Origin: a virus
Virus record (IMG/VR): IMGVR_UViG_3300044695_006284
Location: 34,134-98,133 of that record
Length of the DNA stretch: 64,000 nt
Strand: one strand, 5' to 3'
The notes under the pieces are model-generated. The model saw nothing but the letters and a program-made list of their open reading frames with translations, was not told the DNA's origin and made no database searches. The position numbers and the translations under genes were made by a program. Shown here piece by piece: positions 57,708-64,000 of this stretch (position 1 is the stretch's first letter; every line of letters starts with the position of its first letter).

Positions 57708-58106
57708 ATGGTTAATCAGTATAAAGATTTTGAAAATAGAAGGTTTTTATTTCAAGACATAGCTAAAATATTTCCTAACAATCCCTGGGTTATAAAAGCT
57801 ACTGAAAAAATGAAATCTTATTCAGAAGAAGAATATTTGTCTATGGTTAAAGAAGCATACTTATTTCAGGATAAATTTGATAATGCAATAAATTTAGGGG
57901 TATCGGCAAAAACAGAGCAGGGCCATGATTTATTTATATTGTTTATTCAGCACATAAGATGGTTTTTTGAAATAGATAAAAGATCTTATGATGAGTTACT
58001 CGATTTATGTAGTCCAAATGTGAGTCAGTTTTTAATTGTCAATAAAGACTACTCTGAATTATTATATGATATTCTTATTGAATACAGAGAGGAAGTTGGA
58101 GTATAA
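57708..58106 (+). CDS. Hypothetical protein with weak resemblance to the TipAS domain
   Basis: Helical; GVSAKTEQGHDL....HIRWFF. Confidence 0.4.
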   Translation: MVNQYKDFENRRFLFQDIAKIFPNNPWVIKATEKMKSYSEEEYLSMVKEAYLFQDKFDNAINLGVSAKTEQGHDLFILFIQHIRWFFEIDKRSYDELLDLCSPNVSQFLIVNKDYSELLYDILIEYREEVGV

Positions 58107-59071
58107 TGAAAGCCATTGTTGTTAATAAATTTGGAGGTCCAGAAGTAATGGAGCTATCTGATTTCAAGGAGCCAGTTGCAAAACATAATCAGATATTAGT
58201 AAACACTAGAATGATTGGCGTAAATTATGCTGATACATATCAAACTGAAAATAGTTACTTAGTTCAGTCATTGCCTCCAGTTATTCCTGGAATCGAGGCC
58301 TCATTTGAAATAGATGGTAATCTTTTTGTAGGTCATACAGCAAGCGGTTCTTATGCAGAAAAAGCTATTGTTAATTTAGATAGGGTATTTCAAGTTCCAG
58401 ATGGAGTCTCAGAAGAAGAGGCCTTGTCAGTTGTATGCCAAGGCACAACAGCGTATGGTATATTAAAATATTTTTGTGATGTCAAGCCTGGGGATTTAGT
58501 TTTAATAAATGGGGCTTCAAGTGCAGTTGGTATGATTTTAGTTCAGATGTGTAAGTTATATGGCGCCACAGTAATAGCTGTTACTGGAAGTCAAAAAAAG
58601 ATAGACTTTGTAAAAAGCTTAGGTGCAGATTTTGTTTGCCTAGACAATATGTCTGAGGTAAGAAAGGTTATATCTGAGGCGGGATCAAAGCCAAAATTTA
58701 TTATAGAGTCGTATGGTGGTAAGCATTTTATGAGTTACTATTCAGTTTTAAGTACAGGCGGTCAGATATGTTCATACGGTGCATCATCTAGAGATGGTCT
58801 ACCACATATTGAAATTAGGGATATATTAAAAGATTCAAAAATTGTTTCTGGATTCTGGGGCACTAAGATTTTTGAAGACAAAATAAAATTAAATGAAGCA
58901 GTTGACTATCTGTTTAATCTAATTAAAAATAAAAAAATAAAGATTGTTACAGGAGAAGTTATGAACCTTGAAGATGCAAAGGCTATGCATGAAAAAATTA
59001 GAAGTAGAGAAACTTTTGGAAAGCTTATTTTAATAAATAATTTTAACATGGAGGCTAAAAATGTCATTTGA
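58106..59071 (+). CDS. qor: NADPH:quinone oxidoreductase (MDR/zeta-crystallin family)
   Basis: MKAI....FGGPEV, GVNYAD, PGIE, GSYAE, INGASSAVG, GKLIL. Confidence 0.88.
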   Translation: MKAIVVNKFGGPEVMELSDFKEPVAKHNQILVNTRMIGVNYADTYQTENSYLVQSLPPVIPGIEASFEIDGNLFVGHTASGSYAEKAIVNLDRVFQVPDGVSEEEALSVVCQGTTAYGILKYFCDVKPGDLVLINGASSAVGMILVQMCKLYGATVIAVTGSQKKIDFVKSLGADFVCLDNMSEVRKVISEAGSKPKFIIESYGGKHFMSYYSVLSTGGQICSYGASSRDGLPHIEIRDILKDSKIVSGFWGTKIFEDKIKLNEAVDYLFNLIKNKKIKIVTGEVMNLEDAKAMHEKIRSRETFGKLILINNFNMEAKNVI

Positions 59072-59897
59072 GTTCAATGTTAATTTTTTTAAAGACAGCT
59101 ATTTTGGCGACTTAAAGCCAAATATTGAAGAAAACATAATGTTTTATGAAGAACAATTAAAGATTGATGATGATGCGATAGTCTATAAGTATAACAATAA
59201 AGGATTTAGGTGTGACGATTTTACCAAAGATGTAAATGGGATTCACATGCTATTTGGAGGATGCTCAGAAACTGAAGGTGCAGCTAATCTTTTAGAAGAT
59301 ACATGGGCAAAAGTTTTATATAATAAGATCAAAGAGTCAAATGATGTTGCTGGTTACTATAATGTGGGTAAAGCTGGTCTAACAACATCTACGGTAGTTA
59401 TGAACGTTTTTCAATACATATATGAGTATGGTTGTCCAGACTATATTTTTCTATACTTACCAGATCAGATAAGACATATAACTTGGTCAGGAGACAGAGG
59501 GTTTTATCCAACCTATGAATCACGGGATATTGATATTGGAGAAATAGAATGGAAAAGCTTTTTTAACCAAACCAGGGTTCCAGAAGTAATTAATGTTAAT
59601 ATCTTATACACAAGCTTTCTTTTTAAAATCTTAGTACAGTTTTGTGAGATGAATGGTATTAAACTTTTTTGGTCAACATGGCATACTCAAAGTGCGGATC
59701 CAGAAATTGTTGGAAAAGATTTGTTTAAGGGTTATATTCCAACATTCCCACCTACAAAAGAATATTGGGAAATGAAAATAGAAGACATGAGAGCAAGGGA
59801 TGGATATCACTACGGTAGAGGCTACCATAAGATATGGGCAGAAAAATTTTATAAGGGGTTTTTAGATGATAAAAATAATAAAAAAAATAATAGTTAA
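59061..59897 (+). CDS. SGNH-like hypothetical protein
   Basis: YNNKGFRCDDF, GGCSETEG, NVGKAG, RDGYHYG. Confidence 0.6.
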   Translation: MSFEFNVNFFKDSYFGDLKPNIEENIMFYEEQLKIDDDAIVYKYNNKGFRCDDFTKDVNGIHMLFGGCSETEGAANLLEDTWAKVLYNKIKESNDVAGYYNVGKAGLTTSTVVMNVFQYIYEYGCPDYIFLYLPDQIRHITWSGDRGFYPTYESRDIDIGEIEWKSFFNQTRVPEVINVNILYTSFLFKILVQFCEMNGIKLFWSTWHTQSADPEIVGKDLFKGYIPTFPPTKEYWEMKIEDMRARDGYHYGRGYHKIWAEKFYKGFLDDKNNKKNNS

Positions 59898-59943
59898 AAG
59901 AAAAATAAAAAAAATGATCAAGAAGAGAAGATATACCTACTGA
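59866..59943 (+). CDS. 25-aa highly basic micropeptide (not in ORF track)
   Basis: MIKIIKKIIVKRKIKKMIKKRRYTY; AAGGGG RBS; TGATG coupling to the carbamoyltransferase. Confidence 0.45.
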   Translation: MIKIIKKIIVKRKIKKMIKKRRYTY

Positions 59944-61364
59944 TGATTATATTAGGAATTAATGAAACTTCACATGACGCATCCGTTTCATTAATAAAAA
60001 ATGGCGACATACTATTTGCCGCACACGCAGAAAGATACAGCAAGAATAAAAATGATTGGTATAACAATAGCGAAATAATTTTAGATGCTTTAAACTACGG
60101 AACTCCAGATGCAATTGCATACTACGAAAAGCCATTGCTTAAAAAATCCAGGATGATTCTTCATGGAGGGGCAAGCGACTGGAAGCCAAAATTTCCCATA
60201 GATGTTCCAGTACACTATTTTAAGCACCACTACTCTCATGCAGCAGCAGGATACTATACAAGTTCGTTTAACGATGCTTGTATTGTAGTGCTTGACGCAA
60301 TTGGTGAATTTAATACCTCAACAATATGGGTCGGAGAAGGAGAGAGAATCAATCTTAAGTATAAGCAAAACTACCCAGTAAGTTTTGGATTATTTTACTC
60401 TGCATTTACACAGCTAATTGGTCTTATGCCAAATCAAGAAGAGTATATCATGATGGGGATGGCAGCCTATGGAGATTGGAAAAGATACTATAAGGAAGTA
60501 GATGAGTATTTCCCACAATATGATCAACAAAAGTATAATTTTCACAAAGGAATTAATGACTGGGGTATGGCTATTACAGATCAAGATCGTTTTGATATCG
60601 CAGCAGCAGTTCAAATGGTATACGAGCAAAGATTAAATGATTTTATGCGTATGGCAAAAAGACTAACTGGTAAAAATAATTTAGTTTTTATGGGAGGCTG
60701 TGCACTTAACTCATCCGCAAATACGATTTTGTGGAATATATTTAAAGATATATGGATTATGCCAAACCCAGGGGATGCTGGAAGCTCATTAGGGGCTGCG
60801 GCTGCACTTTATGGAAAGCATTTAAACTGGCAAGGACCTTACCTAGGTCACGATCTCGGAGGAAATTATCCAGTTGATAAAATTTTGAATAGCTTAATTG
60901 TTAATAAAGTTGCTGCAGTTGCAACAGGAAGATCTGAGTACGGTCCGAGGGCTTTGGGAAACAGGAGTATCCTAGCAGACCCCAGAGACCCAAACATTAA
61001 AGATATTGTAAACTCCATAAAGCAAAGAGAAAAATTTAGGCCGTTTGCACCAGTAGTTTTAGAAGAATATGCGTCCGAATGGTTTGATATGAAATACTCA
61101 TCTCCATATATGCAATTTACTCCAAAGTGCTTGAAGCCAGAACTAATACCATCTGTAGTTCATAAAGATGGAACATCTAGAGTCCAAACAGTGAATCAGG
61201 TTCAAAATCCAGGGCTTTATTTATTATTAAATAAGTGGTACGATTTGACTGGTATACCAGTATTGCTAAACACTAGCCTTAACATAAAGGGACAGCCCTT
61301 GCTAAATGATTTAAATGATATAAAAGAATGGCAAGAAAAATATAAATCTAGAATAATTTACTAG
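59943..61364 (+). CDS. Carbamoyltransferase (NodU/CmcH/TobZ family)
   Basis: HDAS, AERYS, HHYSHAA, MGMAAYG, GGCALN, GDAGSSLGAA, EYGPRALGNRS, FRPFAP, NTSLN. Confidence 0.95.
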   Translation: MIILGINETSHDASVSLIKNGDILFAAHAERYSKNKNDWYNNSEIILDALNYGTPDAIAYYEKPLLKKSRMILHGGASDWKPKFPIDVPVHYFKHHYSHAAAGYYTSSFNDACIVVLDAIGEFNTSTIWVGEGERINLKYKQNYPVSFGLFYSAFTQLIGLMPNQEEYIMMGMAAYGDWKRYYKEVDEYFPQYDQQKYNFHKGINDWGMAITDQDRFDIAAAVQMVYEQRLNDFMRMAKRLTGKNNLVFMGGCALNSSANTILWNIFKDIWIMPNPGDAGSSLGAAAALYGKHLNWQGPYLGHDLGGNYPVDKILNSLIVNKVAAVATGRSEYGPRALGNRSILADPRDPNIKDIVNSIKQREKFRPFAPVVLEEYASEWFDMKYSSPYMQFTPKCLKPELIPSVVHKDGTSRVQTVNQVQNPGLYLLLNKWYDLTGIPVLLNTSLNIKGQPLLNDLNDIKEWQEKYKSRIIY

Positions 61365-61383
61365 ATGAAATAAAAGGAGAAAA

Positions 61384-62169
61384 ATGTTTTATAACAACCC
61401 AAATGTAGAGAAAATTTCTGATAACATCTATATATACAGAAATTTTATTCAAAAAGAAAAGCTTGACCAAATACACTCTATAATAAAAGATTTAGAGGAT
61501 GCTAATTTAGAAAGAAACGAAAATTCTCATAACATAGATTGGTATGCTGATAAGTTTTCTCCAGCAATTCCAGAACTTTATGACGTGTGGTGCGACATGA
61601 ATGAGTTTCTTTTGCCAGAATACTGCATTCACCCTCAGATTTCATTAATAGTTACCAAAGAGGGCGAAGAGATGTATCACCATGCAGATTCTCCTGGAGA
61701 AAACATGGAAGAAGAATTAATTGCTTCAGATATATGGAATACATGCTGTGTAATTCATTATGGCGCCATAGCGTACTTTGGAGAATGGGAGGGCGGAGAA
61801 GTTTATTATCCAAATATTAATTCCGAAGGAAAGTTTATTGGAAATTTTGAACCATATCATAGTGACTCTGAGCTTAGAGTTAAGCCTAATGCTGGAGATT
61901 TGGTAATACACGGCGCCTATGGAAGTGAAACTCATGGAGTAAAAAAGATAACCTCTGGAACAAGATATGCTTTTTCTAATTTTGTTTTACCAGTACAAAA
62001 AAATCCTGGTACATTTCCTACATACGGAACAAAAGAAAATGAAGATAGATGGAAAAATGGATGGAATGAATGGATTACACCACAGAACTTTGTTTGGGAG
62101 CCATCTAAAAAGCTTCAAGATGAGCTAGATCAAGGAATTAAATCAGTTAGATATCGTGTCGGAGATTAA
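61384..62169 (+). CDS. 2OG-Fe(II) oxygenase
   Basis: HAD, WEGGEVYYP, KPNAGDL, THGV, GTRY. Confidence 0.9.
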   Translation: MFYNNPNVEKISDNIYIYRNFIQKEKLDQIHSIIKDLEDANLERNENSHNIDWYADKFSPAIPELYDVWCDMNEFLLPEYCIHPQISLIVTKEGEEMYHHADSPGENMEEELIASDIWNTCCVIHYGAIAYFGEWEGGEVYYPNINSEGKFIGNFEPYHSDSELRVKPNAGDLVIHGAYGSETHGVKKITSGTRYAFSNFVLPVQKNPGTFPTYGTKENEDRWKNGWNEWITPQNFVWEPSKKLQDELDQGIKSVRYRVGD

Positions 62170-62176
62170 TTACCTA

Positions 62177-62205
62177 TAGACAATTTTTTATAGCTATAGT
62201 ACAAT
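62177..62205 (+). promoter_or_regulatory. Promoter of the tRNA cluster
   Basis: TAGACA-N17-TACAAT. Confidence 0.65.
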
Positions 62206-62215
62206 TAAGCAATAC

Positions 62216-62288
62216 GCCCTTGTAGCTCAGCGGATAGAGCGAGGCTCTTCTAAGGCCTGCGTCAGAGGTTCGATTCCTTTCAGGGGCG
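62216..62288 (+). tRNA. tRNA-Arg(TCT)
   Basis: GCCCTTG/CAGGGGC acceptor, AGGCT-CTTCTAA-GGCCT anticodon arm, TTCGATT T loop. Confidence 0.92.
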
Positions 62289-62298
62289 CATTGCATTT

Positions 62299-62371
62299 TG
62301 GACCATAGCTCAGTTGGCAGAGCGCAGAGCTGTTAACTCTGATGTCCCAGGTTCGAGCCCTGGTGGTCCAG
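62299..62371 (+). tRNA. tRNA-Asn(GTT)
   Basis: TGGACCA/TGGTCCA acceptor, CAGAG-CTGTTAA-CTCTG anticodon arm, TTCGAGC T loop. Confidence 0.93.
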
Positions 62372-62384
62372 CGCAATAATGTTG

Positions 62385-62457
62385 GTCCCTATAGCTCAGT
62401 TGGTAGAGCAACAGACTTTTAATCTGTGGGTCGTAGGATCGATACCTACTGGGGACA
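62385..62457 (+). tRNA. tRNA-Lys(TTT) with atypical T loop
   Basis: GTCCCTA/TGGGGAC acceptor, ACAGA-CTTTTAA-TCTGT anticodon arm, T loop ATCGATA. Confidence 0.9.
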
Positions 62458-62471
62458 CGTCATATGCAATA

Positions 62472-62480
62472 TGATATAAT
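62472..62480 (+). promoter_or_regulatory. Extended -10 promoter of hsp20
   Basis: TGATATAAT. Confidence 0.65.
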
Positions 62481-62484
62481 TAAC

Positions 62485-62537
62485 ATAGGTTGCCAAATGG
62501 GGCCTATATTAACTTATTCGCTTGAAAGGGGAATAAA
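62485..62537 (+). promoter_or_regulatory. ROSE-like structured 5' UTR (candidate RNA thermometer)
   Basis: Two hairpins; in the second, TTATTC-GCTT pairs with AAGGG-GAATAA, putting UCGCU opposite the SD. Confidence 0.55.
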
Positions 62538-62954
62538 ATGGTAAACAAATTAGCAATGGATCTATTTAATGATCCATTTTTTATTGGCTTTAACAGAGAG
62601 TTAGGCCGATTAAATACTGCATATAAAACAAATTCACAGTCGTACCCACCGTATGATCTTCTTAAGCTAGACGATGATACTTATAAAATTTCACTTGCAA
62701 TTGCTGGATTCTCAAAAGAAGATATTGATGTGTCCGTAGACAACGGAACGTTAATTATCAAAGGTGAGCTTCTAGAAGTTGCAAACGCAGAGGTAGTACA
62801 TAAGGGTATTGCAGGAAGAAAGTTCGTAAGATCCTTTGCACTAGGAGAGTACATGGAAGTAACTTCTGCAGAATTAAAAGATGGAATGTTGCATGTTCAT
62901 GTTGTACGAATTATTCCAGAAGAAAAAAAGCCAAAAAGTATAAAAATTAAATAA
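62538..62954 (+). CDS. Small heat-shock protein (Hsp20/IbpA-like)
   Basis: YPPYDL, LAIAGFSKEDI, HKGIAGRKF, A.LKDGML, IPEEKKPKSIKI. Confidence 0.95.
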   Translation: MVNKLAMDLFNDPFFIGFNRELGRLNTAYKTNSQSYPPYDLLKLDDDTYKISLAIAGFSKEDIDVSVDNGTLIIKGELLEVANAEVVHKGIAGRKFVRSFALGEYMEVTSAELKDGMLHVHVVRIIPEEKKPKSIKIK

Positions 62955-62959
62955 AAGTA

Positions 62960-62985
62960 AGACCTGGGCATGTCTAAAACTGCCC
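62960..62985 (+). ncRNA. Candidate compact H-type pseudoknot
   Basis: S1 AGAC/GTCT, S2 GGGCA/TGCCC, A-rich loop AAAAC. Confidence 0.35.
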
Positions 62986-63004
62986 CACTAACAGAAAGAT
63001 TTAT

Positions 63005-63766
63005 ATGATTATTCAAATTATTGGACTACCAGGTTCTGGGAAAACAGAATTAGCTAAAGCACTTAAAGAACGTATTAACGCTATACATCTTAATGCAGAT
63101 GAGGTTCGTGCAACTGTAAATTCAGATTTAGGGTTTAGCCCTGAAGACAGAATTGAGCAGGCTCGTCGCATGGGCGACATGGCAAGACTTATTGCTAAGC
63201 AGGGTGTTGCTCCAGTAATAGTTGACTTCGTATGTCCAACTGATCTAACCCGTGCAGCCTTTGGCAAGCCAGATATTTTGGTATTCATGGACACAATTGC
63301 AGAGGGTCGCTTTGAAGACACAAATAAAATGTTTGAAAGACCAACAGAGTTTGATGTATCTTTTATTAGCCACAACCTCAATGCTGAAGCAAAGGCATCT
63401 CATATAATTGAAAAGTTTAGTTTGCATGATTGGTCAGCTCCAACAACCCTTATGCTTGGAAGATACCAGCCATGGCATGAAGGACACCATGCTCTTTATA
63501 AAGAGGCGGGAAAGAGAACAAATCAAGTTCTTCTTGGAGTACGTAACACATACAATACAAGCGAGAAAGATCCTCTTAAGTTTGATCAGGTAAAAGAATA
63601 TATTGCCAAGGATGAATTTATGGATGGGGCATTAGTATTAAGATTACCTAACATTACCAATATTGTATATGGTCGTGATGTAGGATATAAAATTGAGCAA
63701 GTAGATTTGGGGGCAACTATACATGCTATTTCAGCTACTGAAAAACGTCGTGAATTGGGCATCTAG
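63005..63766 (+). CDS. cysC: Adenylylsulfate (APS) kinase-like domain fused to an HxGH cytidylyltransferase-like domain
   Basis: GLPGSGKT, NADEVR, DLGFSPEDR, FERP; then GRYQPWHEGH and ISATEKR. Confidence 0.8.
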   Translation: MIIQIIGLPGSGKTELAKALKERINAIHLNADEVRATVNSDLGFSPEDRIEQARRMGDMARLIAKQGVAPVIVDFVCPTDLTRAAFGKPDILVFMDTIAEGRFEDTNKMFERPTEFDVSFISHNLNAEAKASHIIEKFSLHDWSAPTTLMLGRYQPWHEGHHALYKEAGKRTNQVLLGVRNTYNTSEKDPLKFDQVKEYIAKDEFMDGALVLRLPNITNIVYGRDVGYKIEQVDLGATIHAISATEKRRELGI

Positions 63767-63845
63767 TATCGGTAAAGGTATTGCAGATGCAGAAGAAAGA
63801 ATGATAGAAGAGATGTATAGGAAAAAAGAAGATGAAAGTAACTAA
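63750..63845 (+). CDS. Possible 31-aa micro-ORF
   Basis: GTG...TAA bridging the two neighbours with overlaps; no clear RBS. Confidence 0.3.
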   Translation: MNWASSIGKGIADAEERMIEEMYRKKEDESN

Positions 63846-64000
63846 AGCCAGATCATTTGTTAAAGCATTAAGCTATCGCATATGGGGAACACTTTCTTCT
63901 GTAGCAGTTGCTTATGTTATTACAAAAAATGCTTCTCTATCTGTTACAATTGCATTTTGGGAAACGGTAGTTAAGGTATTTATTTACTACGCACATGAGC
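63832..64000 (+). CDS. DUF2061-family membrane protein (3'-truncated by the window edge)
   Basis: RSFVKALSYRIWGT...ETVVKVFIYYAHE. Confidence 0.8.
   Translation, partial: MKVTKARSFVKALSYRIWGTLSSVAVAYVITKNASLSVTIAFWETVVKVFIYYAHE

Noticed and set aside
57293-62457. tRNAs as prophage attachment sites or a host boundary
   Set aside because: No integrase or duplicated tRNA 3' end; flanking genes keep the same strand, density and phage character.
1-64000. Minus-strand and nested alternative-frame ORFs in the track (e.g. 10060-10389, 22002-22343, 26984-27343, 63013-63381)
   Set aside because: All overlap well-supported + strand genes, lack RBS or motifs, and look like antisense shadows.
1-64000. 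Stop-codon reassignment
   Set aside because: Genes are intact and densely packed under the standard code; TAA, TAG and TGA all end genes; no suppressor tRNA.

Overview
This 64-kb window is a contiguous piece of a large, AT-rich tailed-phage genome (Caudoviricetes, siphovirus-type tail), with essentially all genes on the + strand. Gene order: (1) a tandem array of 2OG-Fe(II) oxygenases (1-5.2 kb); (2) a complete virion module of LamG protein, portal, HK97 protease with nested scaffold, major capsid, head-tail proteins, major tail, -1-frameshifted tail chaperones, a 3778-aa tape measure protein and minor tail/fibre proteins (5.2-39.2 kb); (3) a replication/recombination module with metallophosphoesterase, DnaB, primase, gp32-like SSB, DnaE, RecA, bacterial-type SSB, Cas4-like and RuvC-like nucleases (39.3-53.2 kb); (4) terminase genes; (5) an accessory block with four tRNAs, quinone reductase, SGNH-like proteins, carbamoyltransferase, more 2OG oxygenases, Hsp20, an APS-kinase/cytidylyltransferase fusion and DUF2061. 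Gene content, SSB type and several apparently leaderless genes suggest an actinobacterial host (inference). The most notable signal is the tape measure protein: it is cut into cassettes by about 12 copies of a [FLYMW]-x-x-GG-x-[VI] motif, and the cassettes hold kinase-like, CHAP-LysM, GNAT-like and unknown domains, suggesting an injected, modular effector carrier. Other notable signals are a ROSE-like hairpin on hsp20, a promoter-operator-terminator unit in front of the replication module, and a compact pseudoknot before the APS kinase gene. All family calls come from reading motifs by eye; no database searches were run.
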